A stretch of DNA of 63,620 nucleotides, taken from the NCBI GenBank assembly GCA_964016885.1, contig CAXHJY010000577.1:1-63620 (forward strand). Reading direction: 5' to 3'. Below are positions 1 through 13,997 of this stretch, one piece after another. The translations under genes and the position numbers were made by a program. This stretch comes from Eledone cirrhosa (Eukaryota). The notes under the pieces are model-generated. The model was not told the DNA's origin. It ran no database searches and worked only from the letters and a program-made list of their open reading frames with translations. How positions within the stretch are numbered: the stretch's first letter is position 1; each line of letters begins with the position of its first letter.

Positions 1-3000
1 ACACACACACCACACTGTAGTCTCTCTCTCTCCCCTCCTTCACTACACACACACCACACTGTAGTCTCTCTCTCTCTCTCTCTCTCCCCACCTCACACAC
101 ACACACCACACTGTAGTCTCTCTCTCTCTCTCTCTCTCCCCACCTCACACACACACACCACACTGTAGTCCTCTCTCTCTCTCTCTCTCTCCCCACCTCA
201 CACACACCACACTGTAGTCTCTCTCTCTCCCCACCTCACACACACACACCACACTGTAGTCTCTCTCTCTCCCCACCTCACACACACACACCACACTGTA
301 GTCTCTCTCTCTCCCCACCTCACACACACACACCACACTGTACTCTCTCTCTCTCTCTCCCCACCTCACACACACCACACTGTAGTCTCTCTCTCTCCCC
401 CCACCTCACACACACCACACTGTAGTCTCTCTCTCTCCCCACCTCACACACACACACCACACTGTAGTCTCTCTCTCTCTCTCCCACCTCACACACACAC
501 ACCACACTGTAGTCTCTCTCTCTCTCCACCTCACACACACACACCACACTGTAGTCTCTCTCTCTCTCTCTCTCCCCACCTCACACACACACCACACTGT
601 ACTCTCTCTCTCTCTCTCTCCCCACCTCACACATACACACCACACTGTAGTCTCTCTCTCTCCCCCACCTCACACACACACACCACACTGTAGTCTCTCT
701 CTCTCCCCACCTCACACATACACACCACACTGTAGTCTCTCTCTCTCTCTCTCCACCTCACACATACACACCACACTGTAGTCTCTCTCTCTCTCTCCCC
801 ACCTCACACATACACACCACACTGTAGTCTCTCTCTCTCTCTCCCCACCTCACACATACACACCACACTGTAGTCTCTCTCTCTCTCTCTCCCCACCTCA
901 CACATACACACCACACTGTAGTCTCTCTCTCTCTCTCCCCACCTCACACATACACACCACACTGTAGTCTCTCTCTCTCTCTCCACCTCACACACACACA
1001 CCACACTGTAGTCTCTCTCTCTCTCCCACCTCACACATACACACCACACTGTAGTCTCTCTCTCTCTCTCCACCTCACACACACACACAACACTGTAGTC
1101 TCTCTCTCTCTCTCCCCACCTCACACACACACACGCCACACTGTAGTCTCTCTCTCTCTCTCCCCACCTCACACACACCACACTGTAGTCTCTCTCTCTC
1201 TCCCACCTCACACACACACACCACACTGTAGTCTCTGTCTCTCTCTCCCCACCTCACACACACACGCCACACTGTTGTCTCTCTCTCTCTCCCACCCTCA
1301 CACATACACACCACACTGTAGTCTCTCTCTCTCTCTCGCCCCACCTCACACACCACACTGTAGTCTCTCTCTCTCCCCACCTCACACACACACACCACAC
1401 TGTAGTCTCTCTCTCTCCCCACCTCACACACACACACACCACACTGTAGTCTCTCTCTCTCTCTCTCTCTCCCCACCTCACACATACACACCACACTGTA
1501 GTCTCTCTCTCTCTCTCTCCCCACCTCACACACACACACCACACTGTAGTCTCTCTCTCTCCCCACCTCACACACACACACCACACTGTAGTCTCTCTCT
1601 CTCCCCACCTCACACACACACACCACACTGTAGTCTCTCTCTCTCTCTCTCTCCACCTCACACACACACACCACACTGTAGTCTCTCTCTCTCTCTCCAC
1701 CTCACACACACACACCACACTGTAGTCTCTCTCTCTCTCTCCCCACCACCTCACACACACACACCACACTGTAGTCTCTCTCTCCCCACCTCACACACAC
1801 CACACCACACTGTAGTCTCTCTCTCTCCCCACCTCACACACACACACCACACTGTAGTCTCTCTCTCTCTCTCTCTCTCTCCACCTCACACACACACACC
1901 ACACTGTAGTCTCTCTCTCTCTCCCCACCTCACACACACACACACCACACTGTAGTCTCTCTCTCTCTCTCTCTCCCCACCTCACACACACACACCACAC
2001 TATAGTCTCTCTCTCTCCCCACCCTCACACACACACCACACTGTAGTCTCTCTCTCTCTCTCTCCCCACCTCACACACACACACCACACTGTAGTCTCTC
2101 TCTCTCCCCACCTCACACACACACACCACACTGTAGTCTCTCTCTCTCTCTCTCCCCACCTCACACACACACCACACTGTAGTCTCTCTCTCTCTCTCTC
2201 CCCACCTCACACACACACACCACACTGTAGTCTCTCTCTCTCCCCACCTCACACACACACACCACACTGTAGTCTCTCTCTCTCTCTCTCCCCAGCTCCA
2301 CACATACACACCACACTGTAGTCTCTCTCTCTCTCTCCCCACCACACATACACACCACACTGTAGTCTCCTCTCTCTCTCTCCACCTCACACACACACAC
2401 CACACTGTAGTCTCTCTCTCTCTCTCCCCACCTCACACACACACACCACACTGTAGTCTCTCTCTCTCTCTCTCTCCACCTCACACACACACACCACACT
2501 GTAGTCTCTCTCTCTCCCCCACCTCACACACACACACCACACTGTAGTCTCTCTCTCTCTCTCTCCCCCCACCTCACACACCACACTGTAGTCTCTCTCT
2601 CTCTCTCTCTCTCCCCACTTCACACACACACACCACACTGTAGTCTCTCTCTCTCTCCACCTCACACACACACCACCACACTGTAGTCTCTCTCTCTCTC
2701 CACCTCACACACACACACCACACTGTAGTCTCTCTCTCTCCCCACCTCACACACACACACACCACACTGTAGTCTCTCTCTCTCTCTTTCCCCACCTCAC
2801 ACACCACACTGTAGTCTCTCTCTCTCTCTCTCTCTCTCTCCCCACTTCACACACACACACACACTGTAGTCTCTCTCTCTCTCTCCCCACCTCACACACC
2901 ACATCTGTAGTCTCCTCTCTCCCCACCTCACACACACACACCACACTGTAGTCTCTCTCTCTCTCCCCACCTCACACACACACACACCACACTGTAGTCT

Positions 3001-3087
3001 CTCTCTCTCTCTCCCCACCTCACACACCACACTGTAGTCTCTCTCTCTCTCTCTCTCTCCCCACCTCACACACACACACCACACTGT

Positions 3088-3119
<32 letters not shown>

Positions 3120-3130
3120 CCACCTCACAC
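1..3130. repeat. Compound minisatellite: (CA)n-CCACACTGTAGT-(CT)n-CCCCACCT, unit about 40-50 bp, roughly 70 copies; runs off the window start
   Basis: Two invariant anchors alternate with variable-length CA and CT tracts throughout. Confidence 0.95.
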
Positions 3131-3424
3131 ATTCACACACTAGACATTACACCACACCACACATACACATATCACACACATACACACCACACATACACAT
3201 ATCACACACATACACACACTAGACATTACAGCAGACATACACACCAGTGTAGGACTCTCTCTCTCTCTCTCTCTCCCCTCACACACACACCACCACCACA
3301 CCCAACCCATCCCAGTCTGTCTGTCTGTCCTGGAACAGAATCCAAGTGGCAGGTCCTTTTTATTTTACCATTTGTTGAACTCAAAGAATTATGAGCTACG
3401 GAGAAGGAGGGGGTAGGGGGGGGG

Positions 3425-3990
3425 GGGGGGCGAAACAGAGATAAAGAGAGAAAGAAGAAGAGAGAAAGGAGGAGAGAGAGTGTGAGAGAGAGAAAGAAAG
3501 GAGAGAGAGAAAGAAAGGAGAGAGAGTGAGAGAAGAGTGGTAGAGAGAAGAGTGGTAGAGAGAAGAGTGGTAGAGAGAAGAGTGGTAGAGAGAAGAGTGG
3601 TAGAGAGAAGAGTGGTAGAGAGAGAGAGGTAGAGAGAGAGAAAGGAGAAGAGAGATAGAGTGGTAGAGAGAGAGAAAGGAGAAAGGAGAAGAGAAATAGA
3701 GTGGTAGAGAGAGAGGTAGAGAGAGAGAAAGGAGAAAGGAGAAGAGAAATAGAGTGGTAGAGAGAGAGGTAGAGAGAGAGAAAGGAGAAAGGAGAAGAGA
3801 ACTAGAGTGGTAGAGAGAGAGAGGTAGAGAGATAGGTAGAGAGGTAGAGAGAGAGAGAGATAGGTAGAGAGAGAGAGAGAGAGGTAGAGAGAGAGAGAGG
3901 TAGAGAGAGGTAGAGAGAGAGGTAGAGAGAGGTAGAGAGAGGTAGAGAGAGGTAGAGAGGTAGAGCGAGGTAGAGAGAAAGAGAGAGTGA
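3425..3990. repeat. GA-rich simple repeat, including AGAGTGGTAGAGAGA and GGTAGAGAGA units
   Basis: Seen directly. Confidence 0.9.
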
Positions 3991-4329
3991 GTGTACCCCG
4001 ATAGTTCCCTAATCTGACAATATGGGAGGGACAGAGGGGTTCAATATGACAAGTGCTCCTTTATCATTACTACCCTGACTCACGGTGACAGGGGGGGTGA
4101 GAGGGGGACAGGTGAGAGGGGAGGGGGAGACAGGTGAGGTGAGAGGGGGGGACAAGTGAGGTGAGGAGAGAGGAGAAGAGAGGAGAAGAGAGGGAGACAG
4201 GGGGGAGGGTCGGAGCCAGGTGTGACGGGTGGGAGGGGAGGGTGCAGGTAAATAAACAACAATCAAGGTGTGTGATGGTGGGGGTGGTGGATATAACAAG
4301 GACTAGTAGGGCTGGAGTGAGTGAGAGAG

Positions 4330-4950
4330 AGGGTAGATGGGAGAGGGAGGGGTAGGGGAGGGGGTGGGGTATGGAGGGGGAGATGGAGTGGGGAGATGGA
4401 GGGGGAGATGGAGGGGGGGAGATGGAGAGATGGGGGGAGATGGAGGGGGAGATGGAGAGATGGAGGGGGGAGATGGAGAGATGGAGGGGGAGATGGAGAG
4501 AGTATTTTCATTTGGATGGTATTTTTTTAACATTGTCATCAATATCATCACCACCACCACCACTGTCATACCAGTGTTAGAAAGCCATCACCACCACCAT
4601 ACCACCACTACACCACCACAATACCACACCACCACCATACCACACGACGATCCCACACCACCACCACACCACCATACCACACCAAGAAGCCATCACCACC
4701 TCTATACCACCACCACCACCACCACCATACCACCACTACACCACCACTACACCACCATACCACCATACCACACCACCACCACACCACCACCACTACACCA
4801 CAACCACACATCACCACTACACCACCACACCACCACACTGACACCAACACTATCACACCACCACCACCACCATACCACACCACAACCACACCACCACACT
4901 ACCACCACTACACCATACCACCAATGCCACCCCCCCCCCCCCCCCCCCCC
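4330..4950. repeat. GGAGAT/G-rich repeat followed by degenerate (CAC)n
   Basis: Seen directly. Confidence 0.85.
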
Positions 4951-5454
4951 CAGTGTTAGAAGCCATCCCCAATTGAAAGGAATAATGAGACAGCAATGAA
5001 CAAAAATGTGATTATTACAGAATAACTGACATAGTTTTAGGGGGCAGGGTGGTTTCCTAGGAAATGGGGTGAGTGGGTGGGAGAAAGACATAGATAAAGA
5101 GAAAGAAAGGTTATATGACACACATACACACACACACACACACACACAAAGGTCCCAACAACCTATTGAGGGTGACCTAGGGTTGTAGAAAGTGCAGCTA
5201 AGCAACTGATGGTTAAAATATGTAGAAATATGCAGAAGTGTGTGTGTGGGGGGGGGGTAGAGAGGGAGGGTTTGGGGGTCTTGTTTATAAGGGTAGAGTG
5301 ACCCCATATTTAGGAGCATGTGATGTGAGAGTGTGTTTATAAGGGTAGACTCATTATAGAAAGGGTTTATTTATATGGGTAGAGTGACCCCAGATGGATG
5401 TATTTATTTCATGTTTTAGCTGATATTTTATTATATCAAATTGTTTATTTTATA

Positions 5455-5547
5455 TATTGTTATATTTGGGAAGGGGTCATATTGTTATAATATTGCCAGA
5501 AATATATAGTACAGCAATATTATAACAATATGACCCTCCCCAAATAT

Positions 5548-5593
<46 letters not shown>

Positions 5594-5796
5594 ATATTTG
5601 GGGAGGGTCATATTGTTATAATATTGCCAGAAATATAAAATACAGCAATATTATAACAATAAGACCCTCCCCAAATATAACAATATATATATATATATAT
5701 TGTTATATTTGGGGAGGGTCATATTGTTATAATATTGCCAGAAATATATAATACAGCAATATTATAACAATAAGACCCTCCCCAAATATAACAATA
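5455..5796. mobile_element. Three tandem ~100-bp fold-back elements (family F; 41-bp arms, ~17-nt loop) separated by (TA)n
   Basis: Copies at 5455-5554, 5587-5685 and 5698-5796. Arm TATTGTTATATTTGGGGAGGGTCATATTGTTATAATATTGC is followed by its reverse complement. The same terminus ends a longer element at about 13030-13075. Confidence 0.8.
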
Positions 5797-5925
5797 TTTG
5801 TTTCATCACACGATTTCATATAAAAACCCCTTGCAAATCAAATTCACAAGCTTATTTTATTTAATAATCTGTAAAATAATATGACATTTTTCGCAATATT
5901 CTTTAGGAAATGTCATGTTTTTATC

Positions 5926-6285
5926 TTAATCCTTTAGCATTTAAACTGGCCATATCCGGCCAGAATTCTCACATCTATTTCTATTCAAACCAGCTGTAAC
6001 TGGCTACTCATATTTATGTTAAGGTATTGTTCTCAAAATAAATAATATCAAAATCTCGTAGATTCGATATTATGTGAGGTAAAGACTTTACTGTGAAAAT
6101 ATAATAGTATATATAGAGTAATGTAAATGTTATGTGAGATATTATGTGAGGTAAAGCCTTTACTGTGAAAATACAATAGTATATATAGAGTAATGTAAAT
6201 CTTATGTGAGATATTATGTGAGGTAAAGCCTTTACTATGAAAATACAATAGTATATATAGAGTAATGTAAATGGTAAAGGGTTAA
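5926..6285 (-). mobile_element. TTAA-flanked piggyBac-like MITE with 3 internal 72-bp units
   Basis: Ends TTAATCCTTTAGCATTTA and TAAATGGTAAAGGGTTAA; same family as 37239-37452. Confidence 0.8.
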
Positions 6286-6349
6286 TAGCTTATAAACTTA
6301 AAGTAATTTTTGGATGGTTGTGTTAAAAAAACTATTGATTTTCACTATT

Positions 6350-9000
6350 TGCAGTGGCCCAATGTAAAATGGAGCAAATCATGCTCAGTATCATTTTACA
6401 TTACAGGAAGAGCAACAACTGGATTTGACAGCAGGTTGGTATGAAGGAGATAATGAAGGCCATCAAGAAGCGCAAACATTGATGGGCTGGCCACGGCTCT
6501 TGTTTCAGAGACAACAGGTGGAGTATTAGAGTGACAGAGTGGACACCAAGGCAGTGGAGAAATACCAGAGGGTGGTCAAAGATAAGATGACCATGTCTCT
6601 TGTTTCAGCGACAACAGGTGGAGTATTGGAGTGACAGAGTGGACATCAAGGCAGTGGAGAAATACCAGAGGGTGGTCAAAGATAAGATGACCATGTCTCT
6701 TGTTTCAGAGACAACAGGTGGATTATTAGAGTGACAGAGTGGACACCAAGGCTGTGGAGAAAAACCAGAGGGTGGTCAAAGATAAGATGACCATGTCTCT
6801 TGTTTCAGAGACAACAGGTGGAGTATTAGAGTGACAGAGTGGACACCAAGGCAGTGGAGAAATACCAGAGGGTGGTCAAAGATAAGATGACCATGTCTCT
6901 TGTTTCAGAGACAACAGGTGGAGTATTAGAGTGACAGAGTGGACACCAAGGCAGTGGAGAAATACCAGAGGGTGGTCAAAGATAAGATGATCATGTCTCT
7001 TGTTTCAGAGATAACAGGTGGATTATTAGAGTGACAGAGTGGACACCAAGGCAGTGGAGAAATACCAGAGGGTGGTCAAAGATAAGATGACCATGTCTCT
7101 TGTTTCAGAGGCAACAGGTGGAGTATTAGAGTGACAGAGTGGACAGTAAGGTTGTGGAGAAATACCAGAGGGTGGTCAAAGACAAGATGACCATGTCTCT
7201 TGTTTCAGAGACAACAGGTGGAGTATTAGAGTGACAGAGTGGACACCAAGGCAGTGGAGAAATACCAGAGGGTGGTCAAAGATAAGATGACCATGTCTCT
7301 TGTTTCAGAGACAACAGGTGGATTATTGGAGTGACAGAGTGGACACCAAGGCAGTGGAGAAATACCAGAGGGTGGTCAAAGATAAGATGACCATGTCTCT
7401 TGTTTCAGAGACAACAGGTGGAGTATTGGAGTGACAGAGTGGACAGTAAGGCAGTGGAGAAAAACCAGAGGGTGGTCAAAGATAAGATGACCATGTCTCT
7501 TGTTTCAGAGACAACAGGTGGATTATTGGAGTGACAGAGTGGACACCAAGGCAGTGGAGAAATACCAGAGGGTGGTCAAAGATATGATGACCATGTCTCT
7601 TGTTTCAGAGACAACAGGTGGAGTATTGGAGTGACAGAGTGGACAGTAAGGCAGTGGAGAAAAACCAGAGGGTGGTCAAAGATAAGATGACCATGTCTCT
7701 TGTTTCAGAGACAACAGGTGGATTATTGGAGTGACAGAGTGGACACCAAGGCAGTGGAGAAATACCAGAGGGTGGTCAAAGATAAGATGACCATGTCTCT
7801 TGTTTCAGAGACAACAGGTGGAGTATTGGAGTGACAGAGTGGACAGTAAGGCAGTGGAGAAAAACCAGAGGGTGGTCAAAGATAAGATGACCATGTCTCT
7901 TGTTTCAGAGACAACAGGTTGAGTATTAGAGTGACAGAGTGGACACCAAGGCAGTGGAGAAATACCAGAGGGTGGTCAAAGATAAGATGACCATATCTCT
8001 TGTTTCAGAGGCAACAGGTGGAGTATTGGAGTGACAGAGTGGACAGTAAGGTTGTGGAGAAAAACCAGAGGGTGGTCAAAGATAATATGACCATGTCTCT
8101 TGTTTCAGAGACAACAGGTGGAGTATTAGAGTGACAGAGTGGACAGTAAGGTTGTGGAGAAATACCAGAGGGTGGTCAAAGACAAGATGACCATGTCTCT
8201 TGTTTCAGAGACAACAGGTGGAGTATTGGAGTGACAGAGTGGACAGTAAGGTTGTGGAGAAATACCAGAGGGTGGTCAAAGATAAGATGACCATGTCTCT
8301 TGTTTCAGAGACAACAGGTGGATTATTGGAGTGACAGAGTGGACAGTAAGGTTGTGGAGAAATACCAGAGGGTGGTCAAAGATAAGATGACCATGTCTCT
8401 TGTTTCAGAGACAACAGGTGGAGTATTAGAGTGACAGAGTGGACAGTAAGGTTGTGGAGAAATACCAGAGGGTGGTCAAAGACAAGATGACCATGTCTCT
8501 TGTTTCAGAGACAACAGGTGGAGTATTAGAGTGACAGAGTGGACAGTAAGGTTGTGGAGAAATACCAGAGGGTGGTCAAAGATAAGATGACCATGTCTCT
8601 TGTTTCAGAGACAACAGGTGGAGTATTAGAATGACAGAGTGGACAGTAAGGTTGTGGAGAAATACCAGAGGGTGGTCAAAGACAAGATGACCATGTCTCT
8701 TGTTTCAGAGACAACAGGTGGAGTATTGGAGTGACAGAGTGGACAGTAAGGTTGTGGAGAAAAACCAGAGGGTGGTCAAAGATAATATGACCATGTCTCT
8801 TGTTTCAGAGACAACAGGTGGATTATTGGAGTGACAGAGTGGACAGTAAGGTTGTGGAGAAATACCAGAGGGTGGTCAAAGACAAGATGACCAAATTGAT
8901 CTGACATGATAACTTGGGCCCCACATGGCCCAATATGGTCAGAGATAAGAAGTGGTGGATGTCAACCAGGAAGGGGTTCCTCAAACAGGAGCGAGAAGAC
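6350..9000 (+). pseudogene. Dead RTE-clade LINE C-terminal fragment interrupted by a 100-bp tandem array
   Basis: Translation AVAQCKMEQIMLSI...WI*QQVGMKEIMKAIKKRKH*WAGH...RDNRWSIRVTEWTPR matches the RTE post-RT region (WAGH, W.P.R). It resumes after the array as LGPTWPNMVRDKKWW. Confidence 0.8.
6491..8893. repeat. 100-bp minisatellite, 24 copies, derived from RTE coding sequence
   Basis: CCATGTCTCTTGTTTCAGAG recurs exactly every 100 bp. Confidence 0.97.
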
Positions 9001-10079
9001 CATAGATTTTCCCCTATTTAGGAAGGTAGTGTCAAAACAAAAGGGGGTAAGAGTCAGATACTAAGTGAAATAAACCTATACAACCACAAGGACCACAACC
9101 ACAAGGACCTATACAACCACAAGGACCACAACGACCTATACAATCACAAGGACCACAAGTAAAAAAGGAGTTATCATACAAAACTGTTTATTTTAAAGTG
9201 TTTACATTTATCTGGAAATCTTCCATGATAATTTTATGTAAGAACCTTTATTAAGTTATGTCCCGAACTCCTGCTTAATAATGACAAAATCAATTACGGT
9301 ATATTATAAACTCTCTACAAATTCTATCCCGCCAAGAAGTTATGTTCCGAACTCCTGCTTAATAATGAGAAAGTCAATTACAAACTCTTCAAATTCTTCA
9401 TTATTTTCAAAATGGTTTGGAAATGTCTTTCTGTAGAAATATAACAGAAAGGTTAAATTGTTTATATTTATCTAATAAAAGCTTCCATCATACTTCTATA
9501 CAAGAACTTTTGTTATGTTCCAAACCCATACTTGATAACATGAAGGTCAATTATATTACAAACTCTCTTTAAATTCTTCATTATTTTCAAAATAATTTGA
9601 AAATTATAAGCAATGACTTTTATTTAGAAATAATCCATGCTAGCGTGGAAAAATGGACATTAAACGGTGATGATGTTGATGAAAGGTTAAAACCTTAATT
9701 ACAGACAATATCTGTAAATCCAAGAATAATCTCATTTATTTCCTGAAATATTTGAACCATTATTTTCCAAATATCAATAAATCTGTCCATTATATATCAT
9801 TAGAGAGTCTAATCTTTTACCAATAATCAAAATCAGAGAGTCAGAAAGTCCACACAAATGTCCTCCCATAACATTGATATCCATTGTTACAGCTGAGGAA
9901 TATTCTAGTAAATAATCCACATCGATATATGATATTAACAAACCATCATCATCCAACTTTTAACGTATTTTTTCATGTTTGTATCGGTGAAGGGATCGTC
10001 ATGTGCTGAGGCCCAACTGGTCAGGAGACCATGTCCTGCTTGTAGACCCTGTTTTTGTAATGCACTAAGTTCCACAGCC

Positions 10080-10615
10080 CCTAGCCCACAATGTAAAGTG
10101 CTCATTTTGAGGCTATGACAAAAGGTTGTCATGTAGGCGTCACGACAAAAAGCACCCAGTCCACACTGTAAAATGATCATGTAGGCATCACAACAAAGAG
10201 CACCCAGTCCACACTGTAAAGTGGTCATGTAAGCATCACGACAAAAAGCACCCAGTCCACACTGTAAAGTGGTCATGTAGGCATCACGACAAAAAGCACC
10301 CAGTCCACACTGTAAAGTGGTCATGTAGGAGTCATAACAAAAAGCACGCCGTTCACACTGTAAAGTGGCCGTGTAGGAGTCATAACAAAAAGCACCCAGT
10401 CCACACTGTAAAGTGGTAATGTAGGTATCATGACAAAAAGTACCCAGTATACACTGTAAAGTGGTCATGTAGGTGTCACGACAAAAAGCACCCAGTCCAC
10501 ACTGTAAAGAGGTCATGTAAGTGTCATGACAAAAAGCACCCAGTACTCACTGTAAATGAGGTTGTTGTTAGGAAGGGCATCCAACTTCAGCCGTGTATGA
10601 GCAAGACATGGTCAC
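10080..10615 (+). repeat. 48-bp tandem array (about 9 copies) of the internal module of the TGA-tailed SINE-like element
   Basis: Unit GCACCCAGTCCACACTGTAAAGTGGTCATGTAGGCATCACGACAAAAA, followed by TTAGGAAGGGCATCCA. Confidence 0.85.
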
Positions 10616-11691
10616 CTGACCTTTGAATCACAGGTACAGTCCAGTTTGAATTCTAGGCTAAGTGGCTGAGTATTCCACAGTCATGCGTGGATACATAATG
10701 AAGTCCTCAGGGAGATTCAGTGGGACACAGTAAGGTGTGATAGGGCCAGATCTCAACCTCAGAAAGCTATGACAACAACAACAACAACAACAGGTAGAAA
10801 TATGATGCAACAGGTTTACATCATCTAAACCATTGCTCCTCACCTCCACCCCTTCCACAACAACAACAACAGCAACAACAACAATAACAGGTAAAAATAT
10901 AACTCAAGTTTGCATAATCTAAATCATTGCTCCCCACTACTACCACCACCACAACCACAACAACCACCACCACCACAACCACTACTACCACCACAACAAC
11001 CACTACTACCACCACAACAACCACAACCACAACATTATAAGATATGTTTTAAAAGAGTATTAACCTGATCTGTGAGCAATGGCAATATTTATGGCAAGGG
11101 GACCGATCACATCCCCTGTAAACCTAATTACACCAACCCCTAATTCCATAAGGGGTTTACATTATTAATATAATGAGGGAAAGCCGAAGATGATCCTTTA
11201 TTTTATTTTTTTGATATTTTATTATATTATTTTGGTGGGGGAGGCTCCTTGTCTTTCTATCTTTATTTATTTATTTTGATGTTTTATTAATTGCTTAGAA
11301 GCAGGAGTTTGATTGGTTTCATTAGATTTCATTAGTTCTAATTAGTTGAAATAAAACTGAGAATATCTGATGGGGTTTTAAAACAGAAAAAAAATTTAAT
11401 CTTATAATTAATTACATTTGTAAAAAGTTAATTTGAGATGCAATAAATGGTGTGGTGTAGGTGCGGTGTGGTGTAGGTATGGTGAAGGTTAGTGCTGTGT
11501 GGAGAAATGTGATCTGGTGTGGTGTAGATGCAGTATGGTCTGGTGCAGTGTTCTTTGGTGTAGTGGTTCAATAAAGAAAAACAAAGTTTTATTTGAATTT
11601 AATAGTTTTGGGCTATTGCTAACAAAAGTTGATAGAATGTGTGTGTGTGTGTGTGTGTCTGCACATTCACACACACACATATATATATATA

Positions 11692-12302
11692 CCGGGTGAT
11701 GTGTTGTTTCCTTGAGCAAGACACTTTATTTCACATTGCTCCAGTTTACACAGCTGTAGAAATGAGATGATAGGGACTGGGGTCCCTATCATTCCACTGT
11801 AAAGTGGTCGTAGAGGTGCCACGGCAAAAAAGCACTCAGCACTCACTGTAAATGAGGTTGGTGTTAGGAAGGGCATCCAGCTGTAGAAATCAAGCCAGAA
11901 TCAGTTCCCGTCCCACCGTTCCAATCAGGGAAAAGTGGACGTAAAATGAAATGATGATGAAATGATATATATATATACCCAGTCCACACTGTAAAGTGGT
12001 CATGTAGGTGTCACAACAAAAGGCACCCAGCACACACTGTAAATGTGGTTGTGTAGGTATCACAACAAGAAGCACCCAGTCCACACTGTAAAGTGGTTGT
12101 GTAGGTGTCACAACAAAAGGAAGGCACCCAGCACACACTGTAAATGTGGTTGGCATTAGGAAGTGAATCCAGCCGTAAAAACCAAGCCGGAAACAGTTCT
12201 GTGTGAGCCAGATACGGTCCCCTGACACAACTTGCCTCAGACGGGACAACCTATCTAACCCATGCTAGCATGGAAAAATGGACATTAAACAATGATGATG
12301 AT
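11692..12302 (+). mobile_element. 5'-truncated SINE-B (CORE-like body plus TGA-tailed module) followed by a second TGA-tailed module
   Basis: CCTTGAGCAAGACACTTT body, then TTAGGAAGGGCATCCAG, then GGACGTAAAA(TGA)n. Confidence 0.8.
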
Positions 12303-12846
12303 GTTGTCCAGGAGTGAAAGTATAAATGAAGAAACTAGAATTATTATAGAGTAGAGAGGATGTCACTTTTTCCTGCTGAAAATCGCAGACATCTTTACAA
12401 AGAGGAATATAATAGAGGAATTTCTCAGAACGGAAATGAATTTGGCACTTAAAGAGACAAAGACTGTAGAATAGATACAATAGCAACAGGCTTTATCTTA
12501 TAACCTGTGACATCACTAGTGGTCATTAGAAGAAGCAAGACTGGACATTAATACATAATACATCAACTGATTGCAGTGGTCAGTTGTTTAAAAGCATATA
12601 CAGAGACATTACAAGCTTGAATAGTAACAGAAACAACAACAGTAGCAGTATGTTGGAAAAACAGCAATCCTTGAGAACGAGTGAAGTATACTCAAAATGT
12701 TGAATTAAACAAGAATATTTTAATGTTATTTAAACATACACATATACACTGGGTGTAAGAATAGTAAAGTAACATTTTGTATCAGCTGAAAAACTGCTAA
12801 AAGTATATTATACACTCCACCTAACTTTGTGTATATATATATATAT

Positions 12847-13075
12847 AACGGCGATGAATTAGTTTTGCGAGGTTTTTTATATATATGTGTTTGTGTCTAT
12901 ATTATATCTGTGTTTTTGACCGTTGGTCAGTCAATGGTAGCATTGAGGACCGAATAAATTAAATTAACCGATATAAAAGACACAGAAGCGAAAACCAACC
13001 AAACAGGGAGTGTGTTCTGTTATTAATTCTGGCAATATTATTACACAAATATGACCCTCCCCAAGTATAACAATA
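12847..13075 (+). mobile_element. (TA)n-embedded element ending in the family F terminus
   Basis: TTCTGGCAATATTA...ATGACCCTCCCCAAGTATAACAATA matches the arms at 5455-5796; TA tracts on both sides. Confidence 0.6.
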
Positions 13076-13092
13076 TATATATATATATATAT

Positions 13093-13300
13093 AATAGTAA
13101 TAATGAAATTATTGTGTACAGTGCTCAGGTGCACTACAACTCATCAAAGGTGCATGTATAGTACATAGAATAATGTACAAATGTGAGGGAAGTGAATAGT
13201 GTAAGACCCATAATACACATGTGTGCGTGTGTATGGAGGGGGAATAGTAGGTGTAGTGTTGGCGAATTTCAAGAAGCATGGAGGTTTTAAAGGATGTAGT
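13093..13300 (-). mobile_element. CR1-like LINE 3' end
   Basis: Near-identical to 23175-23355; encodes TSFKTSMLLEIRQHYT. Confidence 0.75.
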
Positions 13301-13344
13301 ATATAAATATACATATACATGTATACAATATGCCCCCCCCCCCC

Positions 13345-13630
13345 CCCACCGCAAGGTGGTCGTGGAGGTGCCACGACAAAAAAGCACCCAGCCCACACTG
13401 TAAAGTGGACGTGTAGGCGCCACGAAAAAGCACCCAGCACTCACTGTAAATGAGGTTGGTGTTAGGAAGGGCATCCAGCTGTAGAAATCAAGCCAGATCA
13501 GTTCCTGTATGAGCAAGGCATGGTCAGCCGACCAGACACTGCCCACAACAGGACAACCCGTCTAACCCATGCTAGCATGGAAGAACGGACGTAAAACGGT
13601 GATGATGATGATGATGATGATGATGATGAC
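13345..13630 (+). mobile_element. TGA-tailed SINE-like element. Other copies or tails: 15470-15710(-), 22715-22915, 29415-29570(-), 32850-33030, 33630-33785(-), 38235-38500, 56210-56432(-), 61018-61172
   Basis: Recurrent CACTGTAAA..TTGGTGTTAGGAAGGGCATCCAGC..AACCCATGCTAGCATGGAA..GGACGT(T/A)AAAC(GAT)n; a (TGA)n tail is typical of RTE-mobilised elements. Confidence 0.8.
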
Positions 13631-13909
13631 ATATGTATATATATATAGTAATAATAAATTTGAAGACTAAAATCCAAAGAGGGCTCGATAAGGATTAAAA
13701 ATATATATATATATGAATATAAAAAATATATATGAATATAAAAAAAAATATATATGAAATATATAAGAACCGTAGAGCAAATATTTATTATATATACATA
13801 TATACATATATGAGTTTCAGATTGAAAGCATGATGAACAAAACATGTACACATACCTACATATTTCCCCCTCTACATTCAAATGAATATACAATCACACA
13901 TTATATATA

Positions 13910-13980
<71 letters not shown>

Positions 13981-13997
13981 TTCCGTCATTGCGCTAA

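Noticed and set aside
1-8893. CRISPR-like appearance of the 1-3130 and 6491-8893 arrays
   Set aside because: There are no unique spacers and no cas genes, and the context is eukaryotic TE sequence.
9935-10516. 193-aa Cys-rich repeat ORF
   Set aside because: It is an antisense read of the 48-bp SINE-module array.
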